Position numbers and translations under genes: made by a program
Part shown: positions 11,611-24,170 of the stretch, piece by piece
How positions within the stretch are numbered: the stretch's first letter is position 1
How the letters are laid out: the number at the start of each line of letters is the position of its first letter
Assembly: GCF_963506605.1 (NCBI RefSeq)
Contig: NC_083277.1
Location: forward strand, 44,144,001-44,208,000
DNA: 64,000 bases
Direction of reading: 5' to 3'
DNA from: Zootoca vivipara
Taxonomy: Eukaryota
Notes under the pieces: generated by a model
The model's input: only the letters and a program-made list of their open reading frames with translations
What the model was told of the DNA's origin: nothing
Databases searched by the model: none

Positions 11611-12704
11611 TGCACTTTCCATATGTTTTTACTCCAACTCCCATCAGCCCCAGAATGGCTGGGGTGATGGGAGTTGTAGTCCAAAACATTTGGGCAGCAA
11701 TGCATTTTCAGGCTCCGGACTACCCACCCTGATTGGCTAATGGATCCTCCTGGACAGGAAGGACTCCAAAAGGCTTCCATTTTGGGATGAGACTTTGCCT
11801 GAGCTACAACAGGCTTCTTTACTCTGGTATATTTTAAGAGTCTCTCTCAGCTCTCTTGCCACTTGGCTCTCCTCCGTCTGATGCCTGTGGCTCAGAGCTG
11901 ATATGCAGGCAGTAGGGGCTTACTGCACAATTGGGCAGGAAGAAGAAGAAGAACTGGGGGCCCATTGGTGCCACAGCCAGGACTGAGCTCTTGCCTGCTT
12001 TCTAGAGGCAGATCCACTTGCAGCCCGGAGCCTTTTACAGGTGTTACTGGCCTGCCCCTGGGGCCACACAAATTCTCTCAACCTCTCATGCAATGAGGAT
12101 GAGCTTCTGGAGTGGGGAGTCTTTTGTATTCATGGAAACAATAGAGAACTTTCATCTTCCTGGGTTCTCCTTGAGGGGCTCAGAGAACGTGTGGGAATTT
12201 GGGGAAGAGCTAAACGCATAGCTCTGGAGCCCTGCTGTACCCTTGTTGCCTCTTCAGTCGAGTTAACACCAGGTCAGGAGAGGCTGCATACGCCCAGTAT
12301 CATACTTTGAATGGCTTGTGGTTCAACAAGCCTCCTCAGTTCAGATCCATGGTGCACACAGAGATGCATTTGTGAGTATAATCCTTTAAATGGTACCATT
12401 CCTTTCCCAGAGCTCTGTGGCAAGCAGAGCTGCCTGTTTTCTGGAGTGGCAGGGGCAGTTCACACACACATGCTGCTTTCCCCAAGCACTGAAGAGAACG
12501 GAGGACTTCCTGAATGGCAGGTCCAGATCACAGCCAGGGAGTTTACCTAAAAAGGCATGCTCGGAAACCTTTTCCTTTGCTCTTTGCAGCATTGTCCAGG
12601 AGTATTTTATTGTCAGCCCCTCCTGATGAGCTTTTAATGAGCTTGCAAGGCTTGCAACTGCAATGAGCCTGATGAAATGTTCCATTTATTATGGCCAGCC
12701 CTAC

Positions 12705-12766
12705 CTGAAAGGAGTCCCCTTGATGTCTGTATAATAGTAGTCATTTGTCATCACCAACACCCGCTT
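12705..12766 (-). CDS. CACNA2D3: CACNA2D3 exon (~20), 62 nt: KRVLVMTNDYYYTDIKGTPFS
   Basis: aatctag|AAGCGGG...CTTTCAG|gtaggg. Confidence 0.97.
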
Positions 12767-13058
12767 CTAGATTTAGAAAAGAAAAGAGAAACAACAACAT
12801 GCCTGTTAGGAAAGGTTTGCAGGGTTAAATGCAAAAGCAAACTTAAAATCTGTGACAAGATTAATAACAGCAATATGCACACATACATGCAAATGTTTAT
12901 ATCTGACCCACAATTAATAAACACAGTGGACATCATGTCTCAGGGAAAGTTTTCCACTCCAAACATACACTTTAAACCAATGGCTTGTGGGTGTTTTATT
13001 TTTAAAAAAGCAATTATTTGTTTTACTTCTAGCTGAAAAAGTATTTTCTATACGATAC

Positions 13059-13130
13059 CCCTTTGTCCACTGTTTTCTTCACTTCCATAGAGAATTTTCC
13101 TGTTTTCTGATTCACCATTGCATTTCGAAG
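13059..13130 (-). CDS. CACNA2D3: CACNA2D3 exon (~19), 72 nt: LRNAMVNQKTGKFSMEVKKTVDKG
   Basis: ctttcag|CTTCGAA...CAAAGGG|gtatcg; peptide visible inside track ORF 13029..13277(-). Confidence 0.97.
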
Positions 13131-13696
13131 CTGAAAGTAAAATACAGTCATATAGTTAAACAAGGAATGAGGAAAAAATAATCTTCTTTGTAGTTGGGCA
13201 AAATAAAGATATTTCGCATAGCTGCATAAGGCGTGTGCACACAGTAACCTTCCACCTTCGTGTAATTTAACTATCAAGGATGAGTTGTTTTCAATTCATG
13301 TTAATAGATTATAGATTAGAACCTGATAGGATAGATAAAAATGCATATCTGGATCCACAGGGTTCTGCTAAGACAGCTTCAGGCAAAGTCCTCTCAGCAA
13401 AAACATTTTCCGGCAGTCTTCTTGGTCATGGGTTAAGTGTGCGGACACAATTAATATGAGGTTTGTTTGTTTTTCATGCAGCAGCCATGTGTGGTGAGCA
13501 TTGAAATTAAAAATTTTCTCTTCCTGCCATCGTTATGACAAAAAAAAAAATCACTTGCTGAAGCTGCTACTTTCAATGGAAGCTTCTGCTTGCAAGGAGA
13601 GAAGGATTAGTATGGAAACAAGACACAACCCACATGTTGTGTGCACATTTTTAAATACAATGGCTGCCAGGAGTAGGTCAGGAGTAAAGTACCCCA

Positions 13697-14112
13697 TGTC
13701 AGTGAAGTTAACTCTTTATTCAAAAGAACTCAAACAGTGCAGGCCTAGTGATCCCAGCAACTCTTCCCAGTAGGTCTTGCCCCAACGAGCCAGTTGTGAG
13801 GACTGAAAGCCTCACCTTCCTGCCACTCTCCTCCCCAATTCCTTCCCCAGCAGCCTAAGGCTCTCTCAATGCTCCACCCTCTTCATTTCTCTGCATGCTC
13901 TGGGAGATCAGAACTACTCACAGCAGGAGGGGGAGACTCCCTGGCCTCTTTAGCAGCCTGCCTCCATTTCACCTCTTGACCACCCCCCCTCTGCTTCTGC
14001 TGCTGATTCTGGACTGCTTTCTGTCACAGCCCGTTCCTGCTCACTAAACCCTGTTACCTCTTCAGTTTCCGAAATGTCCTCCTTCCAGCCAGTTCCTCCT
14101 TCTCCCTCCTTT
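13697..14112 (-). mobile_element. Degraded Gypsy-type LTR
   Basis: Minus strand ends ...AATAAAGAG...TGACA; U3 reads as a frameshifted acidic / Ser-Pro / basic peptide; 5' end not resolved. Confidence 0.55.
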
Positions 14113-15533
14113 CTACTAAACTACATGGGCATGTTGGGGTTTCTGGGTTGGATAGAACACCCAAGAAATTCTGAGAAACCCTAAAAGAGTTCCATTCAAA
14201 TTTGGAAAAAAGATATGCACGTGGTGATGGGTACCCTACATATCTCCAACTGGGGTCCTTCTACACTGTGATATTACTTGTTTCTCACCAGACTAGATGA
14301 CCTTTCAGAACCAAGGGCTGCAAAGAAACACTCCACACAGTGAGAAAGAGTCATAAGACCAGAATTGCCTCCATTAAACCAATATGCAGATTTGAGGTGA
14401 AGGTTTCTGCTCAGGAGAAATATCTGATGAGTTTCAGAAAAAGCTAGAAGGATTTATATAAAACTGGTGGGACTTCTAAATGGGTTCCACACATTCTTAA
14501 TTTAAATTTCTTTCTAGAGATTACAGGATGTAGTCCAAAATTGGAAGCTCCTTGTATGTGTGGTTCTGTGCCTGACAATGAAGTAATATTTGTGGGATGG
14601 TCATGTGAGCACCAGAGTTTTGCATCCGAATTATGGACTGGGAGTTCAACTCACAATTTTAGCGCCAGGACATTTCTTTGCCCAAGCATTTTAATGGTTT
14701 TTTTTTTTTTACTTTATAGTCAATTTAAACTTGTTTTATACAGTGTTTCTCCCCCCAATCCCCCTAGCTTTCTATATTTACATTGCTATAAATGATGTCA
14801 TTTTCTTGTTTTTGGTATACTGTCATTTTGGTATGTTCTGTTTCCCATGCTTCAACCTCCCTGGTATTTATATAGATGAAGAATGTGCTAAATGCATGTC
14901 AGACTCAGAAGGAAGTTCCACTAAGTTCAGTGGGGCTTAATCCTAAGTAAATGGATGCAGGATGACAGCCTGAATAATATTTTCAATAAATAAAAAAAAA
15001 ACCATTTCTGCTTCTTTTTTCATTTTGCCTTGAACTAGCCTAACAGAGCTCACACAATATAGCATTTGAATGTGTAAATAATGCATACAGCCCTGGAGAA
15101 AGGACATTTCAGGATACCTTAAGACCCTGCTGCATTCCAGGATTTGAACCCAGTGAGCTTATTCTGCTACCACTGCACCTATTTATTCGTCTCCAATCCA
15201 CTTGCATCCATCATGGATGATTAATTGGACAAGAGGGACAGGCTTTTTTCATTGTCGATTTGCTATCAATGTCCTCCTGAAGGAGGACTGTGCTGTTGGG
15301 GGGGGTGGGAGTAGGGGGTGGAATTGTTGCCAAAGCTTGTCAGGGAAAGAGCTGTTTTTGTGAAGAATTTTAGCATGGCTGTCAGACTGAAAACTGCAAT
15401 GTTTGCAGCTCTTTAAATTTAATTCTGGGCCATCTAGATCGGAGCTAATAATCTTAGTCTTCAGTCAGCAAGTGTAAAAGAATAATTTTTCGCTGGAGGC
15501 ATATATAAAATAAAACATATATTTTACTGTAGA

Positions 15534-15534
<1 letters not shown>

Positions 15535-15563
<29 letters not shown>
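15535..15563. repeat. (TG)n microsatellite
   Basis: Direct reading. Confidence 0.95.
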
Positions 15564-15566
<3 letters not shown>

Positions 15567-16537
15567 CACACAGTGCGTAATAGGCAATTCTGGAAATATT
15601 TTCCCTTTTTAACTTTTGTGGTTTTGGACTAGGAGAGCTGGTCTTAATTAACAATCTACTTTCTAACGTTTAAAGAACTGTTCCATTTATCTTTAACATG
15701 TTTCTCATTTTTCTCCATTTCAGAGCCTGTAGTCTTCCAGCGCCCACTCCCCACACAACCCTCGGGCAAGTCACAGACTTTACAAAAAGGGCCCCCAAAA
15801 CCCTCGTAGCTTTTAAGATCAAGTATGCATGTGGGAATTAGATTTTTATTTTTTTATTTTTATTTAACCCTCTGAATGGAGTTCTTGGCTTTGTAGCTCA
15901 GTTTTTCATCTATTCTGTAGACTTTTGTTCTGCTACCTCTCTGGGGTTGAAACTGGTGACCAGCGATATGGATGCAGAACATCTTTCATCCAAAAGCAGG
16001 CCAGATCCTTTTAAGTATAAGTAACACAATGTGCACTCCCAAATGTAAAGCTTCGTTTTCACTACGGAAGACATTTTAAACACAAAATAAAACTGTACCT
16101 CCTTTAATCTAATTAAAACTGCATGTTTTCTAGTCTTGTTAATGGACACAATGTCACGAAGCAATCTATAGAAAATGGGTAAAGAGGCAGGCAGACAGGT
16201 TGACAAATGTAGCACAATATAAGCTTGCATCCTCTACACCAAGTCTGCCAACTGACAATGTACTTCCTGACTTGTACACAACCAGGTATTGCAGCTTCAG
16301 ATTTTGGGTGGCCCTGAGCAAGGTGTTAAAAGGTCCCTTCAGAACTCACCGCCACCGCCGCCACCGCCGCCCCCCCCCCATGATGTTGGTGCTGCAACCA
16401 CCAGCAGCCTCTTTGTTTTTGGAAGCTTCTATATATCTCTATCAACACTAAGGAAGCCTTTTGGGGTTGGACTGTTTGGTGGCTGCAGTATTGCCAGGGT
16501 CAACAGCAGTCACATTTGAACCAACAGAGGGCCAGAG

Positions 16538-16932
16538 CAGGGGCATCGTCTTGCCCCCCCCCCAATTGAGGGTGTGCGGTCATGTGACGTGATGTATCAT
16601 GTGATGCCACCTGGAGGGTGCCAGGTGGGGGCAGGACGCACGGAGGGCGATCTCTGTGTTTGCTCATCCCAGCCACAGTCCAGGAGCTCAGGAGCCAGGC
16701 AGAGACTGGGACAAGTGAATCAAAGATTGCCCATGCTCCTCCCAGCCGTGCGGAGTTTGGGACAAGCATGGGCGATCTTTGCTTCATTCATCCCAGCTGC
16801 AGCCCGGCTGCTGGGCTGCTGGGTGGAGGCTGGGGTGCACGGAGCGCACCCAGTGGCGGCTCCCTCAATATTGGGGGGGCACTGCCCCCTGCCAAAAAAA
16901 ATATTGGGGGAGCTAAAGCCCCTCCACCGCTG
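16538..16932. mobile_element. GC-rich non-autonomous hAT-type element
   Basis: CAG...CTG ends; 8-bp TSD ggccagag (16530-16537 / 16933-16940); TIRs only partly matched. Confidence 0.7.
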
Positions 16933-17668
16933 GGCCAGAGTGGTGGCTGAAGTCACAGTAATGCTGAGATGATGACGTGGTCTCAAACAAATGCCGGCCC
17001 CAGCAGATGTCCAAGTAATTGGAAGATGACACTGGACATGTTAGTGTCCGGAGTCAACCCAAGATATTGTGTTGGTGAAGTTTTGCTGCCACTGCTACAG
17101 CAGCAACAGTTGGATGCCGCTTTGAATCAAGATAGTGGATTGAAACATCCCAAGTTGCACCAAACAAGTTTATATGCCTGTGAGATGTACTGAGTCAGCA
17201 ACCACACTCTCAAATATTCTTCTGACTGGCAGGGAATAAGAAAAATAAATCTCCCCACCCCAGCTCCAACCACGGAGATAACAGGATCTGAGGTGTACTA
17301 ACTGTTTACTACTACCCTTGGTCCCTTTCTTGATGAGAGCAGCATTATAACAGCAGGCCCCTCCCTTGACCTCTGCAAACTAGTCTAAGGACAAGATGCC
17401 TATCCCGGTTTCAATTTGAAGGGGGGGGGTCAGTCTTTTCCCTTCTTCTAGAAAGCTTGATAGTGCAGGTGCTCTCCAGTGAGTGCTAATGCACAGATTA
17501 AATAGAAGTCTTTGAGTCTCTGGTGAGATGTTCAATGGACTTCAGCAATTGCAGAATCTGGGTATTTTGATTTGAATTGCACAAGTGGGGAATTTCACTT
17601 GCAAATCTCATTTTGAAATGAATTACGCCAAAGTTCAGGTTGAAAATGCAGAAAAGAATGTAGGAAAC

Positions 17669-18051
17669 TGTTATGTACTGAGCTGAATCATAGAACAATA
17701 GGATCCAGAATCAGCAGTCTGATTGGTCCGCAGGAGCCACCCAATCCAACTCCAGGTGGAAGTGAATCCGCAACCTGATTGGCCTGCAGGAGCAGCCAAT
17801 CAGGCGGCTGGCAGAAGTGAATCCGCAACCTGATTGGCCTGCAGGAGCAGCCAATCAGGCTGCTGGCAGAAGTCAATCCACAAACTGATTGGCCCACAGT
17901 TGTAGCCCTGAAGTAGCCAATCACGCAAAGCCCATTGTGTAAATAATGTATATAAGCAGATGGTTTTGGGAAAAGGGCATTCTTCTTCTCTTCAATGACT
18001 ACGAGCTGAATAAAGAGCATGAAATTCACTCTCGACTCCGAGTATATTTTA
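17669..18051 (+). mobile_element. Solo LTR with tandem 55-bp CCAAT-box repeats
   Basis: Starts TGTTA, ends TTTA (CA>TA); 5-bp TSD gaaac (17664-17668 / 18052-18056); TATATAA at ~17950; AATAAA at 18009-18014. Confidence 0.88.
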
Positions 18052-18249
18052 GAAACATCACATAATCTAGTGGAAATGTTTAGGAGCAGAAATCGTAAGA
18101 GCAGAAGGGAAGAGGTGAAAAGTCCCTGAAAAGATGAACTGATTTAATCAGCAAAATAAAGAAAGACTGGCACTGCTAAAGCCCTGAACTGTTTCATTCT
18201 TTATAAACTGAGTAGGGGTGGGCTGACAGAATCAGACATATATTTTGCA

Positions 18250-18900
18250 AGGGAGAAGGAAAACATAAACTTGAGTTGGAGAAAAAGGATAAAAAAATGC
18301 CTACATCTGAATGCTGATAATGCTCCAGAGGCAGACATACGTGATGAATCCCAGATTTCAGAAAGACGTGACACTGTAAATATGGGAACCTTCCGTTGAT
18401 ATATTCAAAACCTCTCCAAAATGAGTGGGTTTTGGAAGGATATAGGGGATGCTAATGTACTGCTGATATTTGAGAAGAGTGCTAGGAAATATCTATGAAA
18501 ATGCAGACATGCAAGCATGACTTTAGTCGGCGCAGACATTATGGGAAAAGCTCAATAACAGGAACCGAAAGGAGAACACCTGGAAAGTTATGATTTAATT
18601 AAGGACAGTCAGCATGGATTTGCACAAAACGAATCATGCCTAACAAATCAGATTTATGGTGGAAGTAACAGAAAGACCAGGCAAAGGTTAAGCCATGGAC
18701 ATAAGGAAGACTTTTGATACAGTGCAGCTCAAGGAATTGACATGTAAATAAAGAATGACACGGAAGGGAGATGCAAGCTGACTGGACAACACAGATATGA
18801 AAAAAGGGAAGAGCATGATCTTGGAACAGAAAGGACTTAACTGAAAAGATTAGCACATACCTAAAAGAAAGTGTTAGATGGACAGCACTAACATGATCTT
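18250..18900 (+). mobile_element. Ancient CR1 LINE ORF2 (RT) fragment
   Basis: Degenerate gatgctaatgta...atatttgagaag (ANV.PIFKK) and agtcagcatggatttgca...tcatgcctaacaaatc (SQHGF...SCLTN); boundaries approximate. Confidence 0.65.
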
Positions 18901-19313
18901 GCAGTTCTGGATTCTGGGGTTTGGACAGAGACCAAAAATGTGGTTCTTTTTAAAATATCGGTTGGTTTCTGGCATTTTAAACTGCTTCATAAGCAACAGA
19001 GAAGTTTCTTCAGAGATATAGAGCAGCCTGGCAAAATTTGGCACAAGGTTTGCTCTTGTGTAATCTAACATCTAAATGGTATTTACTCAGCAGGACCTAG
19101 AGGTGACTCCTGGCTTTTGAAAGTTTGAAGTTCTGCCCCTATGGAGGTGGTGGGGCTTGGCACCTCCTCCTCATTCATCTTACCAAGCTCTATGGCTGGT
19201 GGAGCTTGTAACAGGACTAGTCTCCCTCTGCCAATCCTTACAGCTGTATGTACTATCTATCCTGTGATCATTTGTCACCTTTATTTTCCATCTTCCCACT
19301 AAGCACATACGGG

Positions 19314-19348
<35 letters not shown>

Positions 19349-19777
19349 TTGCAATATTTATACCCTGGTTTTTCACCTTTCTGTCTTTGCAAGGTGGCCA
19401 AGTGTGTTTGTTTCATTTGACCTATACAGCTATGAGAAGCATTAGGCTGAGAGAGTAGGCCTGAGCATGGGTTTGAATATGAGCCTCCCTAGAATTATAT
19501 GTTATGCCAATCCTCTCCACATGACATACAGATTCTGGCTTCCTGAAACCTTTCTGCCCCTTCCTACTGCAGCTGGTATATCAGTTCTACATGGGCTAAG
19601 AGTAGAAGTTTAACAAGTAAACTCAGGGGGAATTCAGTGTAGCACTAGGGCAATCGTTCTGTCAGCGCAAGGATGTTGGCTTGCCAGACAGAATGATCCC
19701 CCCATCTTCTCCCCCTCACACATTGTTCTGGGGATTCTCCCAACCCCTCTAGAGCCTTTTTTTTATAGATGTGGTGA

Positions 19778-20126
19778 CAGGGCCGGATTTAGGTTTGATA
19801 AGGGCCTAAGCTATTGAAGGTAATGGGGCCCTTTATACGCCCAGCTGTCCTTTGTCAACAACCAATTGTGGCTGTTTTTTGGGTTGAATATATGCCACAT
19901 GGTAATTTATGGACCTAATAGGTATCTAAAGCCATTTGCACATAACAAATAGGAGCCTACACAACACAAAACACTGTTGCTGTATGTAGGTTTTATTTTT
20001 TTTTATTTTTATCTTATATTTTGGAAATGTACATCCAGTTTTTTTTCCTTTAAATTTTTTTGGGGCCCCCAAGAGAGCAGGACCCTAAGCTATAGCTTGT
20101 TTAGCTTATACATAAATTCAGCACTG
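19778..20126. mobile_element. hAT non-autonomous element (same family as 45230-45939), nested in an older palindromic MITE (~19626-20216)
   Basis: cagggccggattta...taaattcagcactg; 8-bp TSD tgtggtga (19770-19777 / 20127-20134). Confidence 0.88.
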
Positions 20127-20694
20127 TGTGGTGAGGACAGGGAGGGAAAGCACTGCTGCACTAGCAGAAGTCCTTGCATGGGTTTCCACTAGTGGGGCAC
20201 AATAGTTGAATCCCACCCAGGCTCCATATAACACTGGGCTATCTTCTATTCTCTCCCCGCCCCCCGTCACTGAGCAGCAGACTAAATGAACCAAATGAAC
20301 CAAAGCAGTGTAGGGATTTATACACACGGCCTCTTATTAAGTGCTTCCCTGGACCACCACCCAATATGGCCTGCCCTTGAGGGTCACTTACATGGTAACC
20401 AATGGAAATCAAGATGTTGTGCATGGCAAATGGCAATATATCCTTGGTACATCTATACACGGGGTACGTACGTACGAAGTGGAAGAAGAGTGAGAAAGTC
20501 AGTACTGTATATACCTGGGGGGGGGGGAACTAATACAAAACGAGAAGACAAAAATAAAATTTAAATGGAGAAGGGGAAGAACAAGGGCCATTACCTTTCG
20601 CTTCTCTTTTCTTCCTGCTGCTTAACACTTGAAAGTGATATACTAGTGAATGCAATGACCTTTCTGACAAGCTCTGACAGAACAAATCACTCAC

Positions 20695-20778
20695 CACATC
20701 ATCCCTGTCTTCCCACTCCACCTCGGAAAGGTCGACGCTGCTATAGTTGGGCTTCCTTCGCTTTTTTACTTCTTCATA
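20695..20778 (-). CDS. CACNA2D3: CACNA2D3 exon (~18), 84 nt: YEEVKKRRKPNYSSVDLSEVEWEDRDDV
   Basis: actctag|TATGAAG...TGATGTG|gtgagt. Confidence 0.97.
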
Positions 20779-22233
20779 CTAGAGTTTTAAAAAATATGTG
20801 TTTATTTTTTAAAAAGACATTGGACAAAATGATGAGCCATTTCTTTACAACCTCAAGTTCAGCTTTTATGCTAGATAGGTGTTTAGATGCAGTGGGTGGT
20901 TTCAGCAATGTCTTTGGTTAATCCCGAGGTAAGCACACAACAGCTTTACACAAACAAGTGTTTTGTTTTAACACAACTCTTTGGGGCTCCAGAATGGATT
21001 TCCTTTCATCAGAATGTGCCCTTTTCACAGACTGTAAGCACAGCAATTGTCAGTGTGCCCTTGACACCGAGGGATCAGGGACAAATAAACTTGGACACCT
21101 AATAAAAGAAAATTGCTTTGGAAGAGCACCACAGATACATTAGACTGCCAGCTACTACACCATATGGAAAGTATGCAAGTCGTACTCTCAAAGTTTATAA
21201 AATACATCCTGAACTAGCTCTGCAGCCATGCAGGAAGTGATATTTCCTAAAGTGTTATCAACAAAACGTTTACATATTTCTCTTTAAACAAGATAAGGCC
21301 CTATTCCTAGGAAGTTTGGTGTTAATATCTGCTGATACTGTAGTTTATCAGCCCTTTCATGGGGGCAGATGGGTGGGAGAACACAAGAAGCACACTAATA
21401 GAGACATGCTATTTGTTTTTTATCACTAATATGGCAACACTGTAAATCTCACATTTTAAAATAAGCATCACATGATGACAAATGGCTTTGACACTGGCGT
21501 TCCTGTAATGTAGGAAAATCCTGCCCCCTGCTGCACATCACAACTGAGAGACCCTGAAGAAACACCTTGTTATGGGTTAAAGCTAATACCTACAATGAAA
21601 TGTTGTGAGCTCACCCAAGAAAATAAATCAATGCATTCTGTTACGAGTACATCTCAAGTGCACACAGTTAGTTATTCTGTATTACTCAGTGTTAAAACTA
21701 AGGCTGTACAAAATCCACAGGAAGACATCCATCTGAAAAACTCTTTTCTGGCACCAAGCTATGAATTCTGCCAAAAATCTAACTGCCTATACTAATTCTG
21801 CCAGCATTACTCTAAGGAATTGTTTGCTTCAAGAAAAGCTGTTAAATTCTTTTTAAGCACACACACTTTGCTCACAGTTGCATTGCACAATGGATTCTGT
21901 AATCTCAGTATGGCAATCTATAAACATTTTTACCTTTACTCACACAGAAATGACAGAGGGCTAAATTTCTGAGGATTGTAGCATCTTCTGAACATTTTTA
22001 TTTTGGCCAGCATGTTTCAGAACATTTCCACATTTAGGGCAAAATACAACCTCCCCACTCCACACCAGCAGGGTTCTGCAGAGTGGCAGAATTATTTACT
22101 TCACCTACAGCTCCGCTGCAGTGGAAGAGGGGGAAGACCATTCAGACCCGCTCCTTCACAAGCTCCATGTTAGCATACGGTAGTGATCGGGTTTGAATCA
22201 GGCTTGAGGCCATCACCCAACAGCAGTGACACT

Positions 22234-22768
22234 TGTTGTGACGTGGGGGTTCGTGATTTCAGCAAGCATTACCGCTCTCTGACATAGTATGCTGGAGACA
22301 GTTTCTCTAGTAACTCTTCTTTATTAAGGCAAACAAGACTGAGCCCTGAGGAGAGGGAAGCTACATTTATAGGGAAAGGGAACTTGCTTAAAAGGGATAC
22401 ATTTTGGAGGGAACAATATCAAGCAATCACAGTGCTGCCTTTTGGTGGAAACCAATAGGACTGAGGATCCAAATGCAGCAGTTTAAATGAACCAATAGTA
22501 CCGGTAGCTGTTCCTTCTGGAACCAAAAGTAGCTACTTTACCCCAGGCACCCCCAAACTTTACCCCAGGCACCCCCAAACGTCGGCCCTCCAGATGTTTT
22601 GGACTACAATTCCCATCATCCCTGACCACTGGTCCTGTTATCTAGGGGTCATGGGAGTTGTAGGCCAAAACATCTGGAGGGCTGCAGTTTGGGGGTGCCT
22701 GCTTTACCCTAATGTGAATACAGACAATAGTAATACAGATATAATATCCTTTGAATCAATACACAACA
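22234..22768 (-). mobile_element. Solo LTR (sense to the host gene) carrying an inserted hAT MITE
   Basis: Inverted termini tgttgtg...cacaaca; TSD acact/atact (1 mismatch); minus-strand ATTGG boxes, TATAAA at ~22366-22371, AATAAA at 22320-22325. Confidence 0.75.
22566..22701. mobile_element. 136-bp hAT MITE
   Basis: Same family as 4733-4868; TSD ctttaccc (22558-22565 / 22702-22709). Confidence 0.92.
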
Positions 22769-23290
22769 ATACTAGTTTAAGATCCAGCAAACTGCCACTC
22801 TCAGAACAGCACATTATGGGGTCTTTTCTCTGGGCTCTGCCGACATTGGTATAACCAATACTCTTGCCTACCCTCATATTTGGCAGCAGGCAGCAGGCCT
22901 GCTCAGACAGCAGAGCTGAGCAGAGGGAGACCTCCGCTCAATCTGACCCTCTTCCACAGCCCGGCATAAGGAAAACTAACGATTGTCCTCTCAATCTCAC
23001 TCTAATCCTTTTGAGGTATTACATACCCTGCAACATTCCTCAGATGAAAATAGGGACATTTCCCACTCACTCCCGCAACTGACCCTCCTCAACCCCCCCC
23101 CCCATTTTTTAAATCACACACACCCATGCATTTTCACCACCGCTACACACCCTCCACTGTCCTGAGATTTTGATTTACAAAAAGAAAAACCACAAATAAA
23201 TAAATAAATATTAGAAAGGAGCAAAATTAAATGCAGGCGCAAAAAGCGTGTTTTTTTTTTTAAAAAAAAATAAAAAATCAAGACTCCTTG

Positions 23291-24170
23291 TGATTGAGAT
23301 TGAATCCTGACAAGACAGAAGTACTGTTTGTGGGGGACAGGAGGCGGGCGGGTGTGGAGGACTCCCTGGTCCTGAATGGGGTAACTGTGCCCCTGAAAGA
23401 CCAGGTGCGCAGCCTGGGAGTCATCTTAGACTCACAGCTGTCCATGGAGGCACAGGTCAACTCTGTGTCCAAGGCAGCTGTTTATCAGCTCCATCTGGTA
23501 CGCAGGCTGAGTCCCTACCTGCCCACTGACTGTCTCTCCAGAGTGGTGCATGCTCTAGTTATCTCTCGCTTGGACTACTGCAATGCGCTCTACGTGGGGC
23601 TACCTTTGAAGGTGACCCGGAAACTACAACTAATCCAGAATGCGGCAGCTAGACTGGTGACTGGGAGCGGCCGCCGAGACCACATAACACCGGTCCTGAA
23701 AGACCTACATTGGCTCCCAGTACGTTTCCGAACACAATTCAAAGTGTTGGTGTTGACCTTTAAAGCCCTAAACGGCCTCGGTCCGGTATACCTGAAGGAG
23801 CGTCTCCACCTCCATCGTTCTGCCCGGACACTGAGGTCCAGCTCCGAGGGCCTTCTGGCGGTTCCCTCACTACGAAAAGCCAAGTTACAGGGAACCAGGC
23901 AGAGGGCCTTCTCGGTAGTGGCACCCACCCTGTGGAATGCCCTCCCACTAGAGGTCAAAGAGAACAACAATTACCAGACCTTTAGAAGGCATCTCAAGGC
24001 AGCCCTGTTTAGGGAAGCTTTTAATGTTTAATGGATTTCTGTATTTTAATGTTTGATGGATTTCTGTATTTTAGAATTTCTGTTTTGTTGGAAGCTGCCC
24101 AGAGTGGCTGGGGGAACCCGGCCAGATGGGCGGGGTATAAATAATAAATTATTATTATTATTATTATTAT
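23291..24170 (+). mobile_element. 5'-truncated young L2 LINE; 245-codon open ORF2 C-terminal part (23294-24031), 3' UTR and (TTA)n tail
   Basis: LNPDKTE...LGVILDSQLSM...SRLDYCNALY...LQLIQNAAARL...HITPVL..LHWLPV are L2-clade ORF2 motifs. Confidence 0.93.

Noticed and set aside
17700-17925. Regular palindromic repeats resembling a CRISPR array
   Set aside because: No unique spacers, eukaryotic context, and the repeats lie inside a TSD-bounded LTR
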